Below, piece by piece: positions 50,915 through 64,000 of a stretch of 64,000 nt of DNA. Source of the stretch: Balanoglossus misakiensis (Eukaryota > Animalia > Hemichordata); NCBI GenBank assembly GCA_040954595.2, contig CM082588.2:2998513-3062512 (forward strand), written 5' to 3'. The notes beneath the pieces were generated by a model. The model saw only the letters and a list, made by a program, of their open reading frames with translations, did no database searches and was not told the origin of the DNA. The translations under genes and the position numbers were made by a program. The stretch's first letter is position 1. The number at the start of each line of letters is the position of its first letter.

Positions 50915-52178
50915 TCAATCTGTACCGAAGTACTTCTGTCCAAAGTGATTTGGTGTGGTTGGCAGAATCTCTGATGTTAACACTGTGATTTCCGGGTGCT
51001 CATCGATGACAGTTCTTATTGCTGTGATGAGATGGAGGGAGAGAGAGAGAGAGAGAGAGTCAATATTTCATGGACCTTAACCTTTTTTTCTCTTTTATGA
51101 CAGGATAATTTGAAGTTGCTCTGAGAAAATATGAGAAAAAGTTTCTTACCATGAGGTGTTGCAAACAAATTCAGCAGAATGATATTTCTCTCTGGGACGC
51201 TGTGGTCTCTGAGAACATTCACTGCTTGTATAACAGTGTTGCCTGAATCTGTTGTAGGTCAAATAAATGTAAAAATAAAGATGTCAGGTTGAAAAATGAC
51301 CAGTCCTCTGTCACTGTTTCAACATGGAGGTATATAACAAACAGAAACTTACTCAAAATAGGATACATTAATAGAACTTTTCTTGTGTCGATGTCTTGTG
51401 GCAGTTTTGCGTAGAAAACTCGTGCTTGGTTTGTCTCCTCGTCACTTTTAATTAAAATTTTTCCGATGCGTATCGACCGGCAACAGTCCCTCAGTCCTTC
51501 CTCCATTGCCTCTCCTGAAAAAAGAGAAACTCGGTATTGGATCAATCCATCCAAGAACGGTTACCATGGTTACAATCTAAGAACAATACATTTTTCTATT
51601 TTATCTTTTTTCTATATACCCACCGCTTCTCATGATGCTCACACCACAGTTGCCTTTCTGAAACTGAATGCCATCGTAACTGTGTCCGGTTGGCGTGGTT
51701 ACCGTACACTGATGATATGGTAATTGATTCAGACCTTCTTCAACAACAAGCCTGATCTGAAATGGAAGCAAAAGTTTACTGTAATTTCTGACTGTTATCA
51801 TCAACTATCCAACAATCAGTTATTGAAACTACACTAACAGTACGTGTATCAAATTGAAAAAAAAAGAGATCAAATCTTACCAGCCTATCTGCATAGAATA
51901 CAAAATCTCCTCTTGAGGTAGTTCTGCAATATAGAAGTAAACAAAGTCGATAAAAGTCTACAAGAACATTGTAATTTGAGGGATGTGTACACTAATCAGG
52001 TCATGACCTTCAGCATGAAATGAAACACTTGTCAATATCAAACTTACTGATCTCGTATAACAGTCTGCAGTTCTTTTACTTGGTCGTTTTGCTTCAGGAT
52101 TTTCACTTTCGCCCCAAAAGTCATATTAGTGTTGGACTTCCTACTCTCTGTGGCACCCGATTTCTTTTCTCCAGCCAT
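50915..52178 (-). CDS. UPRT: Uracil phosphoribosyltransferase homolog (224 aa, 6 exons)
   Basis: Exons 52048..52178, 51881..51923, 51624..51756, 51353..51514, 51150..51248 and 50915..51021 total 675 nt. Motifs: [82 protein letters not shown]. Confidence 0.95.
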
Positions 52179-52483
52179 TATCACGACCTTACATGGACTT
52201 CAACTTGCGCTCGAAATCTACACATGGGATTTGACCTGACACACAACACTTTGACCTCATAGTAAGTCCGCCGGACTCATCACAGATAAAATACAGTACC
52301 TGAAAAGAGTCTAAACTCTTATTCCGACTTACTACATTTCATTTATTACATAAATAGATTTAAAAATATTACTTTTTGCATTAACTTTGCAGAAGAGAAG
52401 ACGAATTCAGAGTTAGAAGCACAAAATAATAATTTATTACGCGCAAATACCCGAACTATTTTACCCATCCTCCCTGATCCAAA
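52179..52483. promoter_or_regulatory. Bidirectional promoter between UPRT and ABCB7
   Basis: Divergent ATGs are only ~305 bp apart, and a YY1-type caaaatggcg overlaps the ABCB7 start codon. Confidence 0.55.
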
Positions 52484-55400
52484 ATGGCGACATACTTGTT
52501 GTCATCGGACCTCTGTGTCGTCCGTAAATACTTGGCGTCCGGTGTCGCCCGTGGATCAAAAATCCGGATTGCCCCGTTAATGTCCAGACTGAATAACTCG
52601 TTATGCGTAGCACAACTTTCATTAAGCCATCAGCAGGTATGAAGGATGAAACATGACCGTGACCGGTCGAAGCACCTCAGTCATTACGTGACCCCAGATT
52701 GACCCAGTGCCCCCCCCCCCCATGAAATGCACACTTGTGTATATTGCTACGGACAATGTTCAGATGAATGTGTGTAAAATGTACATACATGCACTAAGCT
52801 GAGAATACTATAGCTGATCATGTATATATCACACGGAAGTTGAGTAGTCTGATAGATCTGTGTTGTTGTACAGTAGTTGTTGTTGTTATTGTTGTTATCA
52901 ATGTTCCAAATACAATCTCATTGTTGATGTTGTAAATAACCGGCGACTGGACTTTCATAGCATAACATGCCAAGCAATCATGTCTTGCCATCCCCAGAAT
53001 GCTACAATAAACTCAGTAACTTAGGTAGTTATTTTCTCTTGCCAGCCTTCCCAATGTGCTTGTTTCATTATAGATTCACAACTATTCCACTGGACCAGCA
53101 TGGAAAGGGTACCACAAACTCAGAAACCCAGGAAAGGTTGGTATTGATTTATGTGAACTTGTTGCTTCCCAACATATTCTTTCAATGCGGAATAAACGAG
53201 ACCTACCATACTGCATTTCACAGTGCAACAGACTACCCATCGTGACACCAGGACTTTATCGAGACTGCTTCCACGGACACGGTCCTGCTGCTCTATCCAA
53301 TACGCCGGTGCCTAAAGAAAGTGTAAGTGGATGGGATATTATGAAGATCATGACCACATACATCTGGCCGAAAGATGCTCCTGGAATTAAGACCAGGGTG
53401 ATGATAGCACTGGGGCTGTTGATAGGTTCCAAGGTAAGCCCTTACTACCAGTTATCACTGCTGTCTCAGTCTGCCGTCAAAAATTTCTACAGTTGCAAAG
53501 TGTGTGAGCCACTACCCATTTAAAGAAATGTCACCCCAGGGGCAGTGTAAGTTAATCCTTTCGCCATTTCTCCCCTCTCTTAGCTGATCAACGTGCAGGT
53601 GCCTTTCATCTTCAAGCATGCCATTGACTACCTCAACACAACACCGGCAGAGATTGCTACGACCAGCTCAGTGGGCGGAGCGGTCACTGTTGCCACAGCA
53701 ATGGTTCTAGGATGTAAGTTGACAGCATAGATTTAAACCTGTTAATTAAAACTGAGTTTTGAGGTATATCTGAATATACTGGTAACTCCATTGTAAATTA
53801 AATGGAGTCAACCTACACTATGGAATGATAAAGTATGAGTAATCTTGTCTGTTTTTCCATGGTCTTAAACTAGATGGTGCAGCTAGAGCCGGCGCTTCAT
53901 TTTGCAATGAATTAAGAAATGCTGTCTTTGGCAAGGTGGCACAGAACTCAATTCGACGGGTAGCCAAGAATGTCTTCATACACCTTCACAACCTCGACTT
54001 GAACTTTCATCTCTCAAGACAGACTGGGGCACTGTCAAAAGCTATTGACAGAGGAAGCAGGTATGTGTGATTGGTAGCCCTTTAAAATAGCATTTGCAGA
54101 CATGTGTATACGCAATGTATTCTTACATGTAATCAACATATTTGATGCTTATATACACACAATCATTTTGTAGTAACAGCTTGAAACATTTTTTACAGGG
54201 GGATCAATTTTGTCTTATCTGCTTTAGTATTCAATATCGTTCCTACAGCATTTGAGGTCTCTCTGGTTAGTGCAATATTGGTAAGTGGCACGTTTACAGG
54301 CATTTGGCCTTGCAATATAAGCTGTAGTTTCCTTGAAAAATCTGTTGCAACAGCTGAACAGGTCCAGTAATCATTATCATTCAAGGCTTGCGCATTAGCA
54401 GTTGCCAGAAACAGTTTTATTTGTTTTGTTTGTTTTTCATGACAGTATTACAAATGTGGTGGGATGTTCACCGTGGTCACCATCAGCTGTCTGGCTGCAT
54501 ATGCTGCATTTACATTCAGTATAACCTCATGGAGGACAAAGTTCAGGGTTCAGATGAACAAAGCTGACAATCAGGCGGGCAACCAGGCGATAGACTCACT
54601 TATAAACTATGAAACAGTCAAGGTAAGTCTGCCTTTTAATAACCATGGATATGTTAACCCTTTCACTCCAATTAGGATTGCTGACACCATGTCTGTCTAA
54701 TGGCACAAATATTTTTTCAGTATTTCAACAATGAGAAATTTGAAGCAGAGAAATATGACAAAGTTCTGGCCAAATATGAGCAAGCATCACTGAAGACAAC
54801 AACCAGTCTGGCAATGCTTAATTTTGGACAGAATTTGATCTTCAGCACATCCTTGGCGGCCATTATGGTTCTTGCTAGCAAAGGAATTATTGCAGGTACG
54901 TTGCTTCTACACCTGTGATGTCTTTTGGCCAGCACATTGAGCACATTGACAGTGAAACGATAAGTCTTTGATCTTCTTCTGTAGGTGACATGACAGTTGG
55001 TGATCTGGTCATGGTGAATGGTCTTCTGTTCCAGCTGTCCCTGCCACTCAACTTTCTGGGAACAGTGTACCGAGAAATCAGGCAGTCGCTGATCGACATG
55101 ACCACCATGTTTAACCTATTGAACTTGGACACAAAGATTAAGGTAAATCAGCTGCCTGTTCAGTGATTAAAGTTGAAATTTGCAACTGTGCAATGCAATG
55201 TATCATTCATGGCGCCCTCTGGTGGACAAATTCACCACTTGGAAACTGACGTTTTGATTCGTATCAATTTTCCTTCAGGACCAATACAACGCCCCTCCAC
55301 TCCATGTCAGTCCAAAGGAGGCCACCATCACATTTGAAAATGTTTCTTTTGGCTACACACACGGCAAGATGATTCTTGATGACGTATCATTTACAATTCA

Positions 55401-56790
55401 GACCGGACAGAAAGTGGCTGTGGTTGGAGGGAGTGGATCAGGGTGAGTATACGGTCATTAGTGCTGCAAAAGTTTTAGTTGGTTCTGTTGGACGAGGTGT
55501 TGAATGGGAACTGGTACCATAGCCCCCTGAACTCAGCATGTGACTGGTTTTGATGTTTCAAATTTCCAAGACATACACAAGGACGGCATGCATGTTTAAA
55601 TTTGTGTATTGATTCTGTTGTCGATTTGTTCACAGCTATTGTAGTCCAACATGAGAGTCATGTTTTTACCCCCTTTCTCAGGAAATCCACAATAGTAAGG
55701 CTGCTGTTCAGATTCTATGATCCTATATCAGGTCGAATTCTAATCAATGGACAAGACATCAGAGATGTTTCCTTAGACAGTCTGCGCCAAGCCTTGGGTG
55801 TGGTCCCACAGGTGAGATACATATTAGTTTTGGTGTTAATTCATGCTCATAACCTGTCAACTAGTTTGCAATGCGTGAAAGACTGAAAATATATCAATCT
55901 CCCTCCACAGGACTCTGTGTTGTTTCACAACACCATATTCTACAACCTGCAGTATGGTAACTTAGACGCCACAGCCGAAGAAGTCTACAAAGCAGCACAG
56001 GCCGCTGATATCCACAGGAGTATTATCAAGATGCCTCATGGATACGAAACGCAGGTTGGAGAACGGGGATTGAAACTCTCAGGTGGTGAGAAGCAGCGTG
56101 TTTCCATTGCAAGGACCATGTTGAAGAATCCAGCTATTGTATTGTATGATGAAGCTACTTCATCGTTAGATTCCATTACAGAACAGGTGTGTATTTTTGG
56201 TGGGTGAGGGGAGGGGGAGAGGTGAAGAGTATACCGTAATCTATAGAATTTTAACGTATGTGATAATGTTCTTGTTGATCTGAGTATAGCAAATCTCAGA
56301 GTTTAACAGTTAGAAGTTGTAAACTTTACCAAAAGGTAAGCGAATACATGTATACTTGGTCTCATGAACATTTCACCTAAAAACGAACTACTGACACAGT
56401 ATTGAATGTCTGCAGTTGAAGTGTCAACCAGGGATGGATAACTGTGCCTTTAAAACCTCTACCAGGGAACATGGCTCTACGGTTTCTGTGATACTCACTA
56501 AAAGTCATTTTCTCTCTACTTCTCAGAATATTCTTCAATCAATGGAAAGCATGACATCAGGAAGAACATCGCTCTTTATCGCTCACCGTCTTTCCACCGT
56601 CATGGACTGCGATAACATCTTAGTCCTTGATCAGGGACACATATCAGAACAGGGAACACATTACGAACTCCTGGCCAATACAGACAGTATATATAGCAAC
56701 CTGTGGACGCAGCAGAATAAAGCCTTTTTTGTGGAAGCTGAGTCGGAGACCAAAGATGGTGATGGTGTTGATGCTGGGGAACTGCTTTGA
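52484..56790 (+). CDS. ABCB7: Mitochondrial ABC half-transporter ABCB7/Atm1 (Fe-S cluster export)
   Basis: ATG at 52484 with an Arg/Ser/Leu-rich presequence. Spliced motifs: [75 protein letters not shown], Walker [33 protein letters not shown]. Stop at 56788..56790. Confidence 0.96.
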
Positions 56791-56817
56791 GGAAGAGATA
56801 CAGAACATTTCCTTTAA

Positions 56818-56903
56818 CACTTTCACCACAATGGTTTGGTCCAAATCCATTGTCTTCTATGGTAAAACTGGACCTAATAAAGAAGGAACTGGGGGTGGAA
56901 GGG
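56818..56903 (+). mobile_element. piggyBac-like 86-bp MITE in the ABCB7 3' UTR
   Basis: TTAA-cactttcacc ... ggtggaaggg-TTAA, with a body similar to the 32659 copy. It starts 27 bp after the ABCB7 stop codon. Confidence 0.75.
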
Positions 56904-58027
56904 TTAAATGTTGTCTGAACGTGGTGACTCATCTTCACCATAACATAGATGGTTCCCAACGTCTCCAAGAGATAAATAAAGTTTAAAAACAAGTAGGAGA
57001 TATTTTAAGGAAAAGATTGGATATCTTTCAAAATAAAATATGTTTTTATACATATATTTATGTAATTTTGAAAAATCAATGAACTGTACTATGTACATGT
57101 AATTAAAAACATCAGATTATGACTTTGATTCTCAAAAGAATGGGTGCTCATGATAAACACTTCAGTCACATATAAACACACGCATCAGCATGTATAACAC
57201 TGTTACAAATACAGAAACATGGTGTCCTTCAATGAGAACTTTGCATAGACTGTGTCGAGTGGGATAAACCCAATGACATAAATACAAAACTGTTATGTAA
57301 GTGTTTATTGCTTTTTTTACAGTCCCCAGCTTTTATGTTATTCCCCAGCCTTTTGTTTATTTTGTAGTAATTTTAGTTCCTAGCCTTTTATTTATTTTGT
57401 GAATAATGTTTTTGGAATGACTTGAGTGAAGATGAGCATTTACAAGTGAAATAAAATATTTTTAGTCAAATTTCTTTCTTTACAGCATTACCAGTATACA
57501 AGGATACCGGATATTAACCCTATTTTTGAGATTGCATTTTAAAAACATGCATCTCAACAAAATAAACATTTTTTATCAAGACGTGGATGTCAGCTCTAGA
57601 AGTTCAACAGAGATACAAGAAAAGGTATGTGGATTTAGATCTTTTGGGACTTGAGAAGTCTGGCAATGATATACCAGTCAGGATGTGTACATTGCAGAAA
57701 TGTACATGTCATAATACATTTCCCTGAATGTGAATATACAAGCAGGAACTGATAGATAACAAGTACAATTTTACAGTTGAGTTTAATATGAACAACTTGG
57801 CCCAGTATTGCTGACCCAATTTTAAGAGAGGGAACGTGTTGAGCTGTCAAAGTAGATCATAAAAAGCAATAGACTTAGGGGGCGTACTCTGTTCACGTGA
57901 TCTCCTAAGGTCGCTCCGCCATATTGGCTACGAATCTCGGTTCAATGGTGGTTTGAGGTCAAAACACCGAGATTCATAACAAAAAATTACACGATTCGAA
58001 GAAAAAGGTGGTAGACAGGTTGTCATA

Positions 58028-58157
58028 ATGTCTGGGCAGAGTGTAATGGACCGCGTTACCGCGGCAAAGCATACGGTCACCGGTTCTGGGTTGGCGAAAT
58101 CTGTGTGCAAAGCTACGACTGAAGAGATCATGGGCCCGAAAAAGAAGCATTTAGATT
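58028..58157 (+). CDS. PICALM: Phosphatidylinositol-binding clathrin assembly protein (PICALM/SNAP91, ANTH domain), first coding exon only
   Basis: [43 protein letters not shown] followed by donor gtaagt at 58158 (phase 1). No exon 2 was recognised before 64000, so intron 1 is longer than 5.8 kb. Confidence 0.92.
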
Positions 58158-61100
58158 GTAAGTAATACTTCAGAAAACGAGATTTCTATCTTTGAAAAAT
58201 AATTAACTGTTTTATTCTGCCCGCGCATATAAGACTACAGTGCCTGTTTAAGTTTGTATAGGTGATTCGTGGAAGTTTTTGTGACTATAAACCCAGACAA
58301 GCTAGGGGGCGTTGCATTGACCCCATGTCTCTTGCATACCAACAGTATTACCGTATCCGTGTTTGCGGTGTCAGTCACAAAACCCGAAACGAATGAGCCA
58401 CGTGGAAAAATAATCCACCGATCACGTTTTAATGGGTAGAGTCTAAATCACAAACTGTTATGAATGCTGATTTCATAGTACTTAAATGAAATGTTTGTTT
58501 CAACCGGTAAATGGAGACGCCGACTGAAATGAACATGGTAACCGACGCGTCACTCAGTGCACAGCGTTGACGTAGCAAGTTTTGAGAGATTCATTCTGTG
58601 ATTATCAAGTGCTTGTATATCGGCCTTACCACTGAACTTGGTGAAGAAAATACTTTCAGTATACTAAACTTGAGTATACGAAATATTAAATTTGGCAATA
58701 ATTTGTCATTTATAGTCCATTGATCGACTTAAAATGTCCTTGACAGATGGGGAGGGGGAGAGCTGCATGCTTACATCCACGTAGTCCTTCAAATATTATA
58801 AAACCCCATAGGAAGTGGTCTGTCTGAATGATTTGATTCATAGTAGACATGACTGGTGGTCTTTATTCAAAACATATAAACACAGACATGTCAGGGCTGA
58901 CCATTGAGACGCTACACTTGTATTTTAATTCATAGTGGATTGAAAGGAATAAACATCAAAAACGTGACACCAAACAATGGGCTATTATTCTTATTGTCAG
59001 TCAATAATTTCACGATGAAATTATGTAGACCTTATTCTTTAATATAATAAAATAATGTAAAATTATCTGACTATTCCTTTCATCAGTGTGCACATTTTTC
59101 ATCGGACTCATTACTTTTAATGTGTACATGAATCTTTAATGGGTGTGTACATGTACTATATGTATCAGCACTTAAGCAATTTGTGCATTGCCATTTTGAA
59201 TGAACAAAGGAAAAGCCGGTGTACTGGTAAACATGTTCTTCGTCATAAACAATTTCAAACGGCAGGAACATATCCCTTTGTGCACAGCTTTAGAGGACAC
59301 AGTGAAGGATAAATTTGCCAGCTGTGCACTGTGTAGTCCAATTGTTCATGAGCTTCACTCACAGATGTCAGATCACCTGTCAATTATATGCCCATATGAC
59401 ATACTCATAAATTTGGTGTGATATTGTCTCCATTAATTTTATGCAGTAATGCAGACCTAACTTTGTCATAATCAGATGTTCATTTCAACTTGGGTTCATT
59501 GGCTTCTCTAACTTGTACATTGATAATTAATTATTGGTCAGTGCCAGGAAGAACTTAATTAGATTAATTAATTTTGTAGAGGCATTTGGTTTTCCAATCA
59601 TAATGTTCCCTGAGCTATATCTTGGTTGTTTACATGTTTGTATTGACTTATGTTTACATGGAGAATGTTTCCAAGCAAGAAGGGAACCACCCATCCGGAG
59701 TCCTCTTCTTGGAATAGAGACCCTGCTTGCATTCAGTCATGTCTCGTGTACCTTCCATGACCTCTGATGACTGGCTGACCTGTCCCTGTATAATACACCA
59801 TTTAAAAGTTGCTGGTTGATTCTAACTAAAGGGTGTGTCTGATGAAATAGATCATACCTGTTGTCATACCCTTTAACTCCAACAAGGTGGTTAAACCCCC
59901 TTTATTTTCAGTTGGTATAGATGAACAGTTAAGTTTGCATAATGGAGTGAGGTGAAAGGGGTTATACAGCGAGTTTGAATGAGGATCCGTTGAGAGCCAG
60001 TCCTGAGCCATTGTGAGCCAGAGGCGTTATCAAAGAATAGGGTTATCATAGTGTAGTGTACTCAAAATGATGTAATCTAAATATACATTTCATAGCGATA
60101 AAAATTGAGGGTCCTTGACCTCATATCACTGAAAATCCCATCTGTCGGCCATGCACTGATAGTCTGCATGTTCTGGTGGTACATTTTCTTCTGTCACTGA
60201 GTAGTGAACCAGATTGAGTCTGCAAAATCATTGTTTGACACATTAAAACTATTTTCTCAACTTAGAAAACTTCCACATCCTGTCGTCTAACATAAATAGT
60301 CTGCTCAATCACATGATCAAAATTGTAGGGTTGTAGGTAACATATTTTTCAGACAGAAATTGTATTAGACAGTCACAGGTTTTCCCCCACTAATGCATGG
60401 AATGCAACTGATTATATTTATTCTAGTACAGTAGTATCAGCAATAGATTTATTGTCACATTGATTCTTTGAACTTTGGATGCTTGACGGATTCCAGAAAA
60501 GGACAAATGTCAAATTTCTCAACTTGCTAAATGGTACCTGACAAAACTGACTGGTGCACTCATAATTTACTGGGAATTTGAACTGAGAAAGTGCTCCTTA
60601 CAAAACCATGTGATGATGTTGCGCTTGAGGGGAGAAATATGCACATTCCGACATGCATTCATGTGTGTGTGTCCATTCTCGGAAGGTGTGGCATATCATG
60701 AAGGTGTGTCCATAATTGGCCTGTTGAGTCTCTGTTAGTACCAGTACTAGTAGAAAGCATGAAATTGGAGGTCTAATGAGGGTGTGGGGTAGAGAACTCT
60801 GATTCAAATGTAATGCAGGACCAACACAAAGTAGGAGGTCTGTTCCGACAGACTTTTGAAAGTGAGATTCTTGGGAAGAAATTGACCAATCAGAAGCAAT
60901 CGTGCAAGACCTGCGCTGATCTCATATTCGTACATGAGGAGCAGTGGTGTGCCTAGTTTTGTAGGTCATTTTATACACATGAAAGCCATATTTCAAAGAC
61001 ATGAATGCTGATCCTTATCAGGTTCCTTCGAAGTTGTGAAAAGATCAAAGGAGGAAAACAATAATTCATTCTGGGTTGAGATTGTAAACTCTTAAGTAAA

Positions 61101-63501
61101 CCTGCTGACAAATTGTTACCGGGCTACGCCCACCCGTAATCCATCAATCAAACTATTAAATGCAGTGTTTCCTGAAACAGAAAGGGGGGATTTTATAGTT
61201 GCCATTTGTACATATATATACATGTACACTTTTTTCAGTGGCATTTATAAATGTTATTACAAAATGTCCTATTTCATGTGAAATAGACAAATGAATAAGT
61301 TATTTTGAGGTCAGGGATATTCGGTTTGCCAGAGGACATTGCAGAATGCAGTGACATATTTGTATGATATTCCCCATGGCATACACAACTGATCCTGTAT
61401 TGATGACCTCACATCCATCTCGGCAAAGATACAGACATGTAAAGTGCTTTGAAGCCCCAACAAGCAAGACTTGAATTTTCTGCATAGCCGGGTCTTGTTA
61501 CACGGCATCCATGTACAGAGACAAAGTCGTCAATTTTGGGCGGTATTTGAGTTATAGCGACATGAAAAGGTTTGTTTTATGTCATTCTGATGGTCAATGT
61601 ATCCTTTGACTGTCTGAATCCGGCTTGGAAGAAAACATCCGAATGATGTCATGGGTCACCGGGAGGTCAGTGTACAAAGAGTCACCAAATACCGGATTTG
61701 ATATCTGGGTATATTGTATAGCAAGGTATTGTCAGAGACATGAAGAGTCACGGCAGTGCCAAAGCCTGAATTGAATGTAATTTTAAAATAAGCGAATAAA
61801 ATGTTTTCCTCATTGACAGAACAATGAATAAATTGGTAATGCTTCAGTAATTGAAGGTGATTTCAGAAAAATGGGGGTCTTACTGACATTTGCAGATTCC
61901 AGGGGTAATATCGGTAGATGTATGGTTTGTGAAGAATACCCAAAAAGCTGTAAAAAGCAGTTTATTGACCTGGTAGTTATTGGATCAGCTGCACCAATAT
62001 TGTGAAAGAAATCTCTTTACCTAACTTGGTTACGTTGGCTCACTTAATGCAAGTAATTGCAATTGCTGTATCAGAAAAATCAATAACGCATTTGAGTCAT
62101 TCCACTAGGACGATAAAAATGCGTAGTTGTAGTCTCACCAGTGTCGTGGTATCTTTTGAGTTACTTTGATCTTAACATGCTGTTTAGTGTGTTGCTTTCA
62201 GCATGCGAACGTAGGTTGCATACTGTGAAATGGCGCGTGGTGCTGTTTTTCGAAAACACGACAAGGTCAATCAGTGTTACATATCTGAGGGTAACTTGTC
62301 AGCTCGATGGACAACCAGAGTGTGTCCTGCATTTTCGACATTCCATGATTTAATTCCAGGTGGAGTCGGGGAAATACAAGTACCTATGATTCCAATTCCA
62401 AGTGTTATCGATAAAGGTCGTTTGGGGGCAGGAAGCCCCCCAAAAGCAAGAAATAGACTGGGTGTTGGTATATTGCACACCATGGAATGTGAAAAGCACC
62501 TGGCAAGGGTTTTTTTTATCTCAGTGAGAATCACCTGGCAAGTGGGTGCTATCTGTACAGACTGCTGATTGATATCAAGCCAGTAGTGGTAATAGAATTT
62601 GATATGCTGTTAGTGCAGACAGACATTTAGCAAGGAAGTCAAAACAAACTGTTTTGGAAATAATGGCTGATCTGAGGTAATAATACTTTAAGTGCACACT
62701 ACAGCAGAGAAAATGATTGTACGCGTTTCGAGAAATAAACAGCACACCCTTGTATCAACTCCTTGTCAAATTTGATCTCCTGATATAATCTACCATGACC
62801 GTCAGATTGAAACGAGAAAAATATCTTGGATGTCTTCCGTGACTCAGATGGCAATCACCCTTTCAAGTTTTACTTCTCAACTCAGTGATAATAAATCACA
62901 GGCAAATGTTGTCGTCATTGATGCGTTGCGTGATATCAGATGCAAAATCGGCCACTGCAGGCCTCCCTCATCCCTGCTTTATTAAACCCAGAATTCAATC
63001 AGAAGTCTGGCTCTTTGCCTCCTACTCCATCTTATGATTCATCAGACACATTAAACTGGGTGAGATATGTCTATTCAAACGGCAGATACTTGGTTTTTAG
63101 AGGAATCATTTTACAGAGAGAAGGTTCATCCTGAATAACCCCAGCACCCTATACTTTGTCAACATGATTCTTCCAACTATTGATGGGAATTGGCCATAAT
63201 AACAGACCGGTGTATGCAAACAAAGAGTGGTCATGCAGTGCGGATCAGAATACTGCAATTACTAGCACTGATGTGGTTGTGACTCAACTAGCTATTAGCC
63301 TGTCCTGATAACATACAGTCAATCTCAGAATAAGAACAGATATTTTACGAAAACAACTCCCCTGTCAGTTGCATATGGACCGTTCTCCAAGTCGACAAAT
63401 CCTTCAGTACTTCTTGAGGCCAATTACAATAAACCTAAAGGGCCTTTAAATATGCTGAGTACTGTATATCTTTCACAACTGTATTTGCTGTGTACAGTTT
63501 G

Positions 63502-63939
63502 GTTACCTTAGCAACAGAAAATATAAATAACTTGGAAATAGATGTATCTGGCATACAGGTCTATAGTTCTTGAGTGTTGCCTGGTTAGTGTGAATATCAG
63601 AATGCCGATGATGTGGGATTTAGTTGGCTTTGTACATTACTCAGGAAATCTAATAAGTGTACCTGAAGCATATGCACCAAGCAGCATGTGGCTTCAGCAA
63701 TGTTTGCTCAGGTTTGGTTACCCTAGCAACAAGACATTGGGAAAGCTTGTGGAATTGATGTAATCCAGGCACTGAATCCAGGTAATCTGTGACAACTGTG
63801 TCAATCCAGCAGTTTAATATCTGTGTCAACAGGCATATTAAGTAGGACCATTGGCAAGAGAAAAAAAATAATGTTCCTATAACAACATGCAATGTACATG
63901 TTCATGTGCCTTAATTTGATCAGTTGTTGCTATGGTAGC
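63502..63939. promoter_or_regulatory. Cluster of three RFX X-box-like motifs in PICALM intron 1
   Basis: GTTACCTTAGCAAC (63502..63515), GTTACCCTAGCAAC (63717..63730), GTTGCTATGGTAGC (63926..63939). Confidence 0.5.
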
Positions 63940-64000
63940 GAGGCCTTTCTGTTCTACTTGTAATAAGGCGTCTCCTGTTCTTCTTGATCAGTGGCACATT

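Noticed and set aside
61870-62035. LLTFAD...LDQLHQYCERN resembling a LINE reverse-transcriptase remnant
   Set aside because: Too short and interrupted to support a call without a search.
62940-63059. ATG-initiated 40-codon segment ending at a gtgag donor as an alternative PICALM first exon
   Set aside because: It ends in phase 0 whereas the real exon 1 ends in phase 1, and it has no ANTH similarity. Transcript data would be needed.

Overview
AT-rich, intron-rich animal genomic DNA. It is probably an invertebrate, possibly a deuterostome, but the species cannot be fixed from sequence alone. Nine protein-coding genes can be assembled from GT-AG exons, in this order: (1) the 5' ~27 kb of a strongly divergent DNAH5/8-related axonemal dynein heavy chain (-, truncated at the window start); (2) SLC35F-family transporter (-), head-to-head with (3) RAB39 (+); (4) MFSD8-like MFS transporter (-); (5) a 1728-aa Fas-like death domain + NB-ARC + ~21-blade WD40 STAND protein (-) whose NB-ARC-WD40 part is one 4.86-kb exon; (6) an uncharacterised ~503-aa protein (+); (7) UPRT (-), head-to-head with (8) ABCB7 (+); (9) exon 1 of PICALM/SNAP91 (+). 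Best candidate for a new system: the DD-NB-ARC-WD40 gene. It looks like a prokaryote-style STAND module given a death domain through phase-1 exons, under a predicted TATA/Inr promoter with NF-kB, IRF and AP-1 motifs. Also notable: degenerate catalytic motifs and a candidate duplicate sensor-II exon in the dynein, two head-to-head pairs also seen in human, two TTAA-targeting MITE families and RFX X-box clusters. No database searches were run, so family assignments rest on recalled motifs.
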